Shown in pieces: positions 1 to 11,815 of a DNA stretch of 64,000 nt; within the stretch, counting starts at the first letter, position 1, and each line of letters starts with the position of its first letter. The notes under the pieces were generated by a model. That model saw only the letters and a list, made by a program, of their open reading frames with translations. It had not been told where the DNA came from and made no database searches. Source of the stretch: Octopus bimaculoides. Its lineage: Eukaryota. The DNA is taken from the NCBI RefSeq assembly GCF_001194135.2, contig NC_068991.1, positions 41,153,382 through 41,217,381 of the forward strand. Reading direction: 5' to 3'. The position numbers were made by a program, and so were the translations under genes.

Positions 1-250
1 GGTGCTTTTTGCATGGCACCAGCACAAGTACTTTTATGTGGTGCAGGCAGGAGTGCTATTATGTGATGCCAGCATGAGAGTTTTTTACGTGGTGCTAGCA
101 CAGGTGCTTTTATATGGTATCAGCACAGGGCTCTTGCTGGCCAATCCTTTTAAGTAGTGGGAGTGGCATTAATAGTTCTGCTGTGGAGGGCAGGTCTTCT
201 TGAGTACAGGATAGGTCTTCTTCAGTATGTTGTATGTTGTAACAATTAAT
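1..250 (-). mobile_element. Decayed RTE-type LINE 3' region with GGTGCYTTT..CCAGCAC subrepeats
   Basis: Same subrepeat pattern as the RTE tails at 31200-31510 and 56280-56545. Confidence 0.45.
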
Positions 251-1885
251 AGTTAGTCAGAGTATGAACCGCTTTTCTATGTGGTATATATAGTTAGTGC
301 ATCAAAGCCACTTAAAAAATGGTGTCAATTTTTGTATTTAATTTACTGTTTTACATTTATATTTCCTGATTTTTTTTTTTTGCTGCTGCTGTTGATGCAA
401 TTTGTTTTACACCAAATGTTCTTACTATTGATAACCACTCAAGTACTGAAGTAGAACTCCGTTTTGTTTATTTTATAATAATTTGGTTACTACCATCTGA
501 AACAAAGAGGTACACAAAAAAGGTGAGGCATTATCTCAGGTTTGACATGACATACTGATTGATTTGACCAAGCCCAACTTCATCATCCATCTTCACAGAG
601 GTCTGAGCCAAAGTGATGAGGGAATGAACCAGAAGACAACTCTTATTTTCCAGTACACAAAGCCCTTAAACACCATAGTCATATCCCTCTGCTACTTATT
701 GCAATCCACAGCTACTTCACATAACAAGCAGAATGCTTGTTATGTGAAACTAGCAAGAGGTTTTAAGGTTCTGATATTATCTAATTTCTTTGTCTCTTAC
801 AAAACATTTGAGATCTGGTGCTATTACTATATTACCACAGTGCCCAGTAGGATCCTACTTGGATATAGAAAATTGCAATAAATCAATACCAGCGTTTGGA
901 ACTAAGACTCCAGGGGGACCCATGTCAAATGAAAAAGGGGAAAGGAGAAGACAAATTACCATGTTTTATAAAATTAAGATGGTTTTAAATATTTTCAATT
1001 TGTTCAAAACTATGACGAAGAAAAAAGAATTGCATGATAAAAAGAACGTTGAAAAGAAAACAAGAGTTTGCTTTATAAAGGGGGATCACTCTCGCCACAC
1101 TTAGTGACCTAACGTGTGGAGGACCGATAATAGTTTCTGGGGACCAGTGGGCTTAGCAAGTATTCGAACAGTCCTACCCTAAATGTGAGATATTTCTCTT
1201 CTCGGCATACATAATGGGGTTGGGGGACCCCCCCCCCAACTTTTTGTTCGTAGATTAGCATGCAGACAGATGTGAATTTTAGAGATACAGGTCGAAGTAC
1301 GTTAGAACATGGTTACATAATTTATAACAGTTAAATTGGTGGCTTTGTTAAAATTAGGTACAGAAATTCAGTTAAAAAAATGTATTTATGAATAATTTTT
1401 ATAATTCAATATTGAAAACAAAAATAAAATGTACTATAAAACTAGATATTTTACATAACGCTTGAATACGAATTCCAGTTATCGTGAGCTCAGCAGAAAG
1501 CTGTTCTAGTCATTTTATATATTTTTAATTACTTTAACAATAAGGAGCAAAAATAGATATTTAGAAAATGGGAGTTACGATTATGACCATAAAAAATTGA
1601 AAGCATGAGTATTCCAAAATAGCGCATTCTATGTCAACGAAGGTGGAGCAAAAGGACGGCGAAACCTAGACACTGCTATATAAAACTGAATCAATAAAAT
1701 ATAACTTGGTGATATTCAAAGGTTTAGTCAAATATTTCAAAATCAGAATAAGAAAATTATAGTTCTTGAAGAAAACTATATTTATACAAACAACTACACG
1801 TCGGTTTTTACAAAGTAATGTGTGGTTTACAGTTAAGGTAACTTGGATGTTATCGGAGTGGGCAATGCGATGAATACACACTTAC

Positions 1886-2007
1886 TTTGTATGCTCTGCA
1901 GAACAAACTTCGTTGTATTGACGAGGAAAAACCCATTTAAAACCAGAATGAACGGTGAGACCCACTCTGGCATTGAGCAATGTTTTACTTATTACAGTCG
2001 CTGCCAT
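1886..2007 (-). CDS. Probable first coding exon of an unidentified gene; mitochondrial-presequence-like (MAATVISKTLLNARVGLTVHSGFKWVFPRQYNEVCSAEHT)
   Basis: gaaaATGGCAGCG start context, 122 nt open, GTAAGT donor at 1885-1880 (phase 2), within a CpG-retaining region. The first 30 aa are basic/hydroxylated with no acidic residues. No downstream in-frame exon found in the window. Confidence 0.55.
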
Positions 2008-2520
2008 TTTCGATGTGTGCAATTTTTGTTTTCTTTCACTTTGACCCAGATAGTCTAGCACAATATACACTTACATTTATTTACCGTCTCATAAAAGATA
2101 CACAATCACTGATAAAGCCAGACGAAACATTAGCACGATAGCATACAGACTAACACGCACAATAGATGTGGATATATATGGATATATATTAACTGTATTC
2201 AAGAAGTATTTTTAACCTTGGCCTAAAACAAGCTCCTATAAAAGAGACTGACAACTAACTTCCAACCGATTAGATTTCTCAGTTTATATATCCGTTAACT
2301 TCCACAATAAATAATCTGGTGTTGATTTAGTAAAATTAGCTCATATGCTCTATGGCGTGTGATGTGATTTTCAACGGATACTAAATGGCAAATCGACATT
2401 ATATGATCTATTCTGGATATTCACTGACATATAAACAATGTGAGAGAACATGCATGATTCTAACCGCACTAAAGCTGGGGTCCAAACTAGTTCGAAATCC
2501 TCGTTAACTAGTATGGTTTT
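2008..2520. promoter_or_regulatory. Putative promoter of the left-hand minus-strand gene
   Basis: CpG-retaining unique sequence directly upstream of the ATG; a YY1-like AAAATGGC motif overlaps the start codon. Confidence 0.4.
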
Positions 2521-2913
2521 TTTAGTATATATATTAGTTTATATGCTATCTGATGCGTGTGCGTGTGTGTATATTATATATTCTTGTTTCAGGCGCTGAA
2601 CTGCGGCAATGCTGGAGCATTGCCTTGAGGGGTTAAGTTGAATAAATCGACCTCAGGATATATTTTTGAAGCTACTCTTGCCAAATCCCTGAACGAAAGG
2701 AATGTAAGCAAATCAACACTGGCTGTCAAGAGGTGTAGAAAACATCCACACGTGCACACACACACACGTGTGTGGACGGAGTTACGGGGATTTTTCCATT
2801 TTTACCACCACGGCCTTTGAAATGATGAGGTGGGGTGGGGGGGAAAGGCTTTTTATGTGAAACATTTTGAAAATGAATGATTTTTTTTCGGAGACCGATG
2901 TTAATTTTTTTGC

Positions 2914-3013
2914 NNNNNNNNNNNNNNNNNNNNNNNNNNNNNNNNNNNNNNNNNNNNNNNNNNNNNNNNNNNNNNNNNNNNNNNNNNNNNNNNNNNNNNN
3001 NNNNNNNNNNNNN
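2914..3013. other. Assembly gap (100 N)
   Basis: Run of N. Confidence 1.
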
Positions 3014-3179
3014 AAACGAAAAGAAATATCTGGAAATATTTTCAGACGGAAAGGTGTGTGATGTAAGGAAGATGTAGCTGTTGTTTCTAGCACATCCCAC
3101 GACCACCTGATACCTTTCTCGTTTATTTGTCACTCTGACGACATGTATTGGTGCTTTTCCATATTTTCTCCCCATATAG

Positions 3180-3390
3180 GCATAGGAGTGGCTGTGTGGT
3201 GTGTAGGGGTGTTTCTCTGTAAATGGCACTGGCAATTTACATGTGATAGATGGTAGAATGAATGCAGAGATGTACCAAAATATTTTGAACAATAATTTAT
3301 GGGACTCTGTAGAAAAGCTCCAGCTTTGTGAAGGGTGGGTTTTACAGCAGGATAACGACCCTAAGCACATGGCGAAGTCTACCAAAAATG
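3180..3390 (+). mobile_element. Tc1-family transposase fragment (catalytic domain)
   Basis: Plus frame [60 protein letters not shown] contains the Tc1 QQDNDPKH motif. The listed 2726-3385 ORF is its antisense. Confidence 0.85.
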
Positions 3391-6300
3391 GAGGCCTTTG
3401 AACTCTAGACTATTGCAATATCTAGTCCTGAATTTAGATGGAGTGGACAGTATGTTTGGTACAATGCAATGGCGGCCAGTTCTGGCATTTGTATAACACT
3501 CAATGCCAAAGTTGGGTACTAGCCCTTCTGGGATTTTCCATATGTATATAATTGCATATCTGTCATGCCTTCACTCCAAGCAGTAAAGCTGTAGTTTTCT
3601 TGGCCTATCCCTATAGCTCATCCACTGCACTGTTTCAATCTTTTTAGTGTAGTGGTGTTGGACTGCTTCAAGCTCTGCTGTTAGTTTGGCACTATGTGGT
3701 GACCATAACTGGGAAAAGTAGTCTAGGTGGCCAAGAACAAAGGTTCTACACAGGGTCAACATACTTTCTTGGTCTCTTGTCTTGAAGGACCTCAGTATCC
3801 ATCCTGCCAGTTGTCTGCATTTTGCTGCGATCTTGCTTATGTGCATATGAAGTGATGCGTCATTGCACATGCTGATCCCCAAGTCTTTCACTGCCTGTGA
3901 CTCTGGGATTGTAATGCCTTTGGGCCCTGTAAATGTACATTGTACTGTATTTGTACTGAGTTTATATTGCAGTGCTTGAAATTTTCCAGCATTAAACTGC
4001 ATGCTGTTTATTTTGGCCCACTTGTATACTGAGTTCAGGTCTCGCTGTAAGCTTGTAACATCTTGGTTTTTTACTACCTGTGATAATTTTGTGTCATCAG
4101 CTTAGCTAGTGACAGTGACTGTCCAAGTGACTGTGGGCATGTCTAAGAGGACCATTATGAACAGTAATGGCCCCAGAACAGTTCCCTGGGGGACACCACT
4201 TACAATTTCAGTTTCCTCAGAAAGGGCGTCATTAGCAGCAACCACCTGACTTCTGTTTTTAAGGAAGTCATGCAGCCACTCTCCCAGTTTACCAGCAATG
4301 CCAAGGTCTCGTAGCTTATTACTTATCATGCCATGATCTACCTTATCAAATGCCTTTGCAAAGTCAAGGTATATCACATTAACATCTGAATGGTCAAGCA
4401 GCTGTTTCAAAACCCAGTCATAGTGCTGAAGGAGCTGTGTGAGGCAGCTTCTTCCTGGGTGGAAGCCATGCTGAGTATTGTTCAGTAGGTCATTTTCTTC
4501 TAGGAACATTATCAACTTCTTTCTGATGATTTGCTCCATGACTTTACTCATATGCGAAGTCAGAGATATTGGCCTGTAGTTTTTGGCCTCTGCTCTGCTT
4601 CGACCTTCATGGATAGGGCGTATAATACCTTCTTTCAGCTTTTTAGGAAGTATACTACTTGCAAGGAAACTTTGGAAAAGTATCTCAAGTAGTTTTGCTA
4701 AAGCCTGCTTACATGACTTTAGGAGAATAGCTGGGAGGCCACCAGGACCAGTGGCAGAGCATGAGCTCATTTCATCTATGGCTGCTGTTACATCTGTTTC
4801 TTCAATGTTGATGTAATCGACGGCTGGCGCCTCCTTTTTCAGAGCTGCAATATCAAATAATTCAGCTGGATTTTTTATCTGAGTATCTCACTTATTCTTC
4901 CTGGGTCTGCTGTCAGTGAGTCATTTCCTTGGAACTATGGTCCTATTTTATATTGTATTGTAGCTGTTTCCTTTGTGAATTTATAGAAAGCTTTGGGATT
5001 TTTCCACAGCCCTTCTCTCTCTCTCTCTGCTCTTTCCTTTTCATGAGAGAGTTTGATCTTGCTTTCAATTCCTAGGAGTGTCCATGTTAAGACAGACTTC
5101 TCTCTATCCATCAGTTGTCTATTCAGCCACTTTGAGATCTTTGACCTACGTCTCATGTTTCTGTCCCTGGGAATCTTGTTAGACAGTGTGCTCGCCTTTC
5201 TTTCTGGGACATATTTAGTGCATATAGCTTGCACTGTTGACATAAACTGGCTGAGTTTCAGATCAATGTCTTGCATACACAGAATGTTGGACCAGTTTTG
5301 TTTGTAGATCTCTTTGCGGATCGATTCCTATTTTGCCTTATAGAAGTTCAGGTTAGATAAGGCTCGAGACCTCCTGATAGAGTAGATACGAACAGTTTGC
5401 ACAGGACCATACATAGTTAGTTCAACAATGTTGTGATCTGAGTGTCGATGGTGTAACCTTCACATTATGGATGAGGTCCACATTATTTGTGAAGCATAGG
5501 TCCAATATGTTGTTCCCCCTGGTTGGCCTGAATATCACTTGTTCCATGAACAGTTTATTAGTAAGTTCAAATAATGACTCTACGTGCTTTTGTTCATGCA
5601 GTGACATCCCAGAGAGGATGTGGCCTTCTGGCCATTTGACATGTGGGAAGTTGAAATCACCCAGGAAGAGTATGTTGATGTTCTGATCTAGGTTTGTTAA
5701 TACCTCTTAGATGTGTTTGAGGCTATCCTCAAATTTTCCATCATATTTTGTGGTATTCGGCAGATGATATATCGTGCATATAGCTATATCAGTTTGCTGT
5801 ATATGTATTATTAAGGTGTCACAAACTGAGTTTGAATGTGACAATAATACAAGAGGTGTGACGTCTTCATGGATGTACATAGCAATTCTACTGTGGTTTT
5901 TTTCTCTTTTGTCTGTACGAAATACAGCATACCCTGGTATGTGCACTTCCACATCTGTTACATCAGAGGCTAGATGCATTTCAGTGAGTGCCATGCGTAT
6001 TGCTTGATTGCATGTAGCAAGCTCTTTTAGATAGAGAATTTTACCTCTGTTGCTGAGTTGTAGCAAACCCCCAATATTCAGTAGGAATATGGGTGCGATA
6101 TCTGGGTAGGTGTTAGTGGTGGCCATCCTGGGCCTGTCACCTGGGGTGGTCTCATGCATTGGAATGCATGGCTTTGAGTTTGCATCCTGTGTATCCATGT
6201 CAGTTGCTGTACTATCTTCTGGGCCATGTTCAAAAAAGACTGTTGTTCAATTTCTGTAGTTTGTACAGCCACTGCATATTGCCTTTTGAGGGGTGCAGAA

Positions 6301-6420
6301 TGCATGCAGTTTCTTCCAGCTGGTGCAGTATTTTTCTGCAGATCCATGCTCGATGATTTCCCTCTATGTTTTTACTGGTTTTGTTTCAAGTTTCCTTGCT
6401 TGTTTTTCTCATAAGTTTGG
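3390..6420 (-). mobile_element. Near full-length decayed CR1-clade LINE (ORF1 remnant, APE endonuclease, RT)
   Basis: APE-like LNIGGL...LTEMHL...IPGYAVFRTDK (5707-6198); RT YRPISLTS, QHGF..GRSCLTQLL, YLDFAKAFDKVDHG, GVPQGTVLGPLLF (4102-4770); post-RT LEAVQ region (3571-4002); Cys/His-rich ORF1 remnant near 6200-6350. Multiple stops and frameshifts. Confidence 0.92.
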
Positions 6421-6899
6421 TAAGTTTTGGGATGGGTAAAGCTGCAGCCTTCTGTTTCTCCATGCCAACAGGTACCATTTAGGTAATATATATATATGGT
6501 GTTGGTGGTAGTGAAATAATCTTAATCTAAATACTAAACATAAATGTTAATTTGTTCCATCTTGTCATGATTCGAAAAAAATTCATAGAAAGAATTTTAA
6601 TAGTTTTTTTTTAAATGTCAATGTTTTCCATTAATTCTATTTATTTAGTATTGATAAATTTTAACATTTTACCTTTTCATAATATTTTAATACTTCTTTT
6701 AAAAATGTTATTTTAACCTGAAAGACATTGTTTTCTTTAAATATCTCTCTGTTTGGGTAATTTAAATATTTCATCACAAGACCATTAGGGCCATAAAGAA
6801 ACACCCATTTCTTTATTTCTTCCTACTTAATCAGAAATATTTTGGAAATTTTTGCTTTACATCCTTTAGAAATGTGAATTAGTCTGGGCTGAGTGTATT

Positions 6900-7130
6900 T
6901 TGTGAGAGGCTGAGAAACTTATCTTCTTGTGTGTATGAAGAAATTATTTCTATGAGAGATGGATGGGACCTAGTGACAGGCAGTTTTGCAAAGAGATTCA
7001 TACCACACATAGTTGACTGAATGCTTTGCTGATGTCAAGTGAAAGAACATTGGTTTTATTAAATTTCTCAAGAGTAAAAGCCTGCCCCTATAGAACCCAT
7101 TCAGAGGATAATAAAGAGGGAAGAAATATT
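6900..7130 (-). mobile_element. Decayed LINE RT fragment
   Basis: Minus strand LSLDISKAF followed by frameshifted VWYESL, resembling the DISKAFDRVWH motif. Confidence 0.45.
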
Positions 7131-7205
7131 CAAGCTGTTGCAAATGACAATGTAAAAAAAACAAGAATGCACTGTAGTAGGTTCTGAAGGATTGGTATGT
7201 ATATC

Positions 7206-7309
<104 letters not shown>

Positions 7310-8231
7310 GGGGGTAGAAATAGGGTTAACTCTGAGACATATTGTTTGAAGGGACATTGTCAACGCTGGTGGCCTTGTTTCTTCAAAACAGCTGGAAATG
7401 CTTTTGTACTCGGCATATATATATTGGTAGTTTTGAGTCAAGAGGAGTTGTGCAATGTCTCAATGATAAGGCCATTTTTTGACAGTGTATTTTGTTAATA
7501 CCTGCTGTCTATCCTGAATATTTATTCATGTTATACCTATGACACACATGCTTATGTATACCAAAGGTGTATATGGAATATACTTATACACTATTCCAGT
7601 TATCTAAGATTTTTAAAAGCTGTTTGTAAATATGCTATAAAATTAATGTGTTTTGTTTTATTATCTAAAATATGTGACTGATATAGATAAAATTTATGTC
7701 AGTGAATATTCCCAGCTGTCAGTTGCAGATCACAATGATTTTAGCAAGTTTTTACAGTTTCCCCTTCCTTTTGCAGTGCCAAGGAAATATATTGAGTATT
7801 GAACCCTTGAACATTCAGATTACTCTGTCAAATGTATGCCTATTTATTCACATTGGTTTGGATTAAACATGCATTATATTGTAACTGTGAGATTTTGATG
7901 ATGTGATTTAAAAAATTTTGTAAGGTAGGTGTGAGAAGCCAGATCTGGCCAGTTTCAACAAAAACAGAAAATTTTGGCCTGTTTAAATGCTAATAAGTTA
8001 AATCCACAACAAATCACTAAACTATATCAGTCTCTCAGCCAGCTATGAAAATATCGCATGACATAAACAACGGGTAGCTTCATCCATGCTGCTAAAGTCT
8101 TATTTAATCAGCAATCAAAGATGGTTTCACTTTACTCTTCAAAAGGATGTTTCCTTAAATCAAATTCTATATAAACCATATTCTCTTTTCTTCTAGTTTA
8201 TTCATCAACTCTTTGCTAATTGTCTACTAAC

Positions 8232-8515
8232 TACTCTCTTTTACTCTTTTATTTGTTTCAGTCATTTGACTGCGGCCATGCTGGAGCACCGCCTTTAGTC
8301 GAGCAAATCGACCCCGGGACTTATTCTTTGTAAGCCTAGTACTTATTCTATTGGTCTCATTTGCTGAACCACTAAGTGACGGGGACATAAACACACCAGC
8401 ATTGGTTGTCAAGCAATGCTAGGGGGACAAACACAGACACACAAACACACACACATATATATACATATATATGACGGGCTTCTCTCAGTTTCCATCTACC
8501 AAATCCACTCACAAG
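8232..8515 (-). mobile_element. tRNA-derived SINE family A (central (CA/TA)n), 5' head truncated
   Basis: Same sequence family as 35703-36097, 44745-45100 and 52118-52410. Confidence 0.85.
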
Positions 8516-9479
8516 GTTGGGTGTTCCTAGTGTATTTGGATGCTTAACAACAATAGATCAACAGGGGATGAGTCTTGTAATATCTGATCTCTGAAACAAC
8601 ACATTGAGTTGAAAATATATATCTTTGAAAATTTTGTATGCTTTCATTCTTAACTTTGCTCATAACTTTTTAAAGTCCTTGTATTTGAAAACTTCTTTTG
8701 TATGTAGACATTTTATATACTTTCTGCTTTCCTATTTCTATTTATGCAATCAATTCAATGATCAGAATCAGGACATACCACTAAGTCTGTTGATATGACA
8801 ATATGAGTTCAAAACATGAAGACCATCACCAAATCAACTCTCAATTTACAAAGGTCTTATTGATGTCCTTCCTCTCAATAATTTATAAAAACGAGGTAGG
8901 AGTTAGCAACAGGAACTGCACCCAGCTGTAAAACAATGCTTCAACATATTTGTTTAATCCATGCTAGTGTGGAGAAATAGACATAAAAACAAGCAAAGTG
9001 AACGTGTGTGTGTCTATTTTTACAGGGAAAAGGTTGACAATGACTTCAGTGTTTAAGCTTACTAGCCATCATCAGACAGTCTGATAATAGCTAGTAAGCT
9101 TAAACACTGAAGCCACTGTCAACCTTTTCCTTCTAAAAATTAATAGATATGTACTCTATTGAAAGTGTTGCATGATTCTTCTTCTTCTAACATCCTTGTT
9201 CCATACTGACATGGGTTTGACAGGGTTGTTGAGACCAAAGACTGCATTGTGCTTTACTGTCTACTTTAACTAGTTTCTATGGATGGATGTCCTTCAAAAT
9301 ACTAACCACTTTACAGTGCAAACTGGGTGCTTTTTTGGGGCTGCAAACACTAGTGAGATCACTGAGCAGCCTGCAAAGAATATGAACTCCGAGAAAGTTG
9401 TCTTTAAGCTAGGAGGTGAGGGGTTAAAATATGAGAGAAGGGACCAGGACAAAACAGATTTCTTGATGTAGAGGGGTCA

Positions 9480-10200
9480 TGTGGCTGCTCACATTTTAGA
9501 AGAGAGGATAGGGGTTATGATCTGGGTGAAGTGGGAAGAAATACAAATACTGGTGATGCAGCATCTGTGGGGATCCTCAAGGTATGATGTGAGTAGAAAT
9601 ACACGGGGCAGAAAAACTATGTGGGTGGGAGGTGATTGCAGGAGTCTATGGGAGAGTGACAGATGGAGAATTGTTGAGGTGGTGAATATAATGAATGAAG
9701 GACAAGTGTTGAATGGAAGTTTAGGTGACAACTGTAGAGATTGGGTAAGGTTGTGGGGTGGATGTAGCAAATGACAGGTAAGGGATGGGATTGACCAATG
9801 ATGTGGGTTTATGAAGAGTAGCAGAATAGTAATGATGATACAGTAAACAGGGTGAGAAAGAGAGAGAGAACAAGAGAGGGAGATGATAAGTTTGTTAGGT
9901 AAGTTGCAAGAGTAAGGGGGGGAAGAGAGAAGCAGGCATAGTGCATAGGGAGAGTGATAGACATATGTAGTGATGTAGAAGATGAGATGATTTAGTGGCA
10001 CAGGCAAAATGGAGCAATGTAAAATGTTAATGGAGAGGGCAGTGTTAAAGATCAGGGATGGATATCAAGGGAAATGGGTTCTGGTTGTGAGAAAGATTAG
10101 TAGTATCAAGTAAAAACTGCAGTTAGGTGAAAGGTGATGAGGGCTTCCTGGGGAAGAAGTTTGGCAAAAGGTCCAAGGGTTTTCTTGAAAACTACATATC
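9480..10200 (-). mobile_element. Heavily decayed LINE-like purine-rich segment
   Basis: Strong strand asymmetry and weak resemblance to L2/CR1 ORF2 remnants; no clean motif. Confidence 0.3.
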
Positions 10201-10489
10201 ATCAGTCATCCCAGTCCCTTGTCATCTCTTCCACAGCCATATAAAGTGTACTGGGTATTTATGAAGAAACTTTAGTGGGCGATAAATTGAAGATGATCTA
10301 ATATAATAGAATGCATCAAATTTTAACTTCCTCATTTCTTTCTTAGATGTTTTGACAGCATCAGATTTCAGTCCAATACAGTAAGTGAAAAAGCATGACA
10401 TGTTTATAGCTCTAGTTATCAATTACAACTTTTTGAATACAGCTAGCTCCTTTGTGTTGAATGAGAACACGAAAAAAATATATAGATAC

Positions 10490-10900
10490 AATACTTTTTT
10501 TTTTGCTCAATACAATATTTATTTTCTCTTTAGAAATATACAGATGATAGTGTCCACTATCTGATGTGCGATGTATGAAGATATCGGGGACAAGATATAC
10601 ATTCTCCTGATCTGAACTCCTTCCACAGTTGCATGTGAACTATTGTTGGGAGGACGAAACTGATCACTGGCCCCCTCATTTCCAAAAACTAACAAGCAAC
10701 TTGCATAGATCAGAGAATATTTGTTGAGCAGAATTTTCTATGGCTATATGCTCTAGGAAGAGTATACAGCCAATCTTCACCTTCATACAAACAAGTTGAT
10801 ATTTCCTTCAGTCCTTTGGACATGAACAACACAATGACTGGACATATTTTCATGTGAGATTACAAATGAACAACACTGCTTGTATGACAATGATGTTTTT
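10490..10900 (-). mobile_element. Possible decayed Tc1/mariner-type 3' end
   Basis: The terminus ATATTTATTTTCT.TTTAGAAATATACAG recurs at 11938-11968. Family call is from recollection only. Confidence 0.3.
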
Positions 10901-11199
10901 TAACAATCAGCATGTGATGTTGAGATAAGGAGACATAAACACACACACACACATCAATCACACATAGGTGGTCAATCAAACAGGTTTTATGTTTTCTGTT
11001 GATATACAGTTTCAGTCTTTTGTCGTTTGAGACAGTTTGAACATTTTCTTTTTCTTATGAAATTGAGCTCTTGTGCAGAAGAAGTAAGAAGTCAATGATT
11101 TTCATGAAATCAGTTTCCATTTTCCATTTTGGTCAGCAATTCTTCTGATGAAAGATCACCATCACATAATATCATTTCTCTGTATCCAAAGCACATCTA

Positions 11200-11815
11200 T
11201 TAGTGATTTTTTAAAAGTCTGTGTAAAATAGCAACAGTTTGACTGTGTTGGAAGAGAACATCACTGAGACAAGTGAAGTTTAAGTATCTCAGGGACATAT
11301 TCTTGAGTGCTGCAAGACAGGAGGCTAAACTGGATGCTCGAATTGCAGGCGCTAGCACAGTAATGTGCCAGCTCCAGCATTCAATCATCAAAAGAAAAGA
11401 GGCTGATGAAAAAGCCACACTTTCTATCTTCAGTTTGGTTTTCATGCCTATCCTCAGCTATGGCTATAAATGTTGGGTAATGACTGAAAGAGCATGATTG
11501 CGAGTACAAGTGGCCAAAATGGGGTTCCTTCAATGGGTCTCTGGAGTGACATTACTTTACAAGATGAGTAGCTCAGAGATCAGGGAATCTCTCCAGGTCA
11601 AGGTGCTGCTTCTCCACATTGAGAGATCACAACTTTGATACTAGGGACATGTGATTAGAATGTTACAGGAAAGAATCACAAGACAGATTCTTCAAGCCAA
11701 GTCAACTAGCAAGAGACCTAAGTGTAGATTAAGAATGAAATATTTGGATAATATCCATAATCTCAGTTGGTTGTGCTTAGGAATTCAGCTGGAAAATCTG
11801 ATAACATTGCTTTGA
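11200..11815 (+). mobile_element. RTE-clade LINE 3' fragment (Expander/Rex3-like)
   Basis: KFKYLRDIF...LDARIAGAS...PILSYGYKCWVMTER, then LLLHIERSQL and GHVIRM remnants, typical of the RTE ORF C-terminus. Confidence 0.85.

Noticed and set aside
426-496. 71-nt minus-strand segment with an excellent acceptor and GTAAGA donor, as exon 2 of the left-hand gene
   Set aside because: Stop codons in all three frames, including the phase-2 frame needed to join exon 1.
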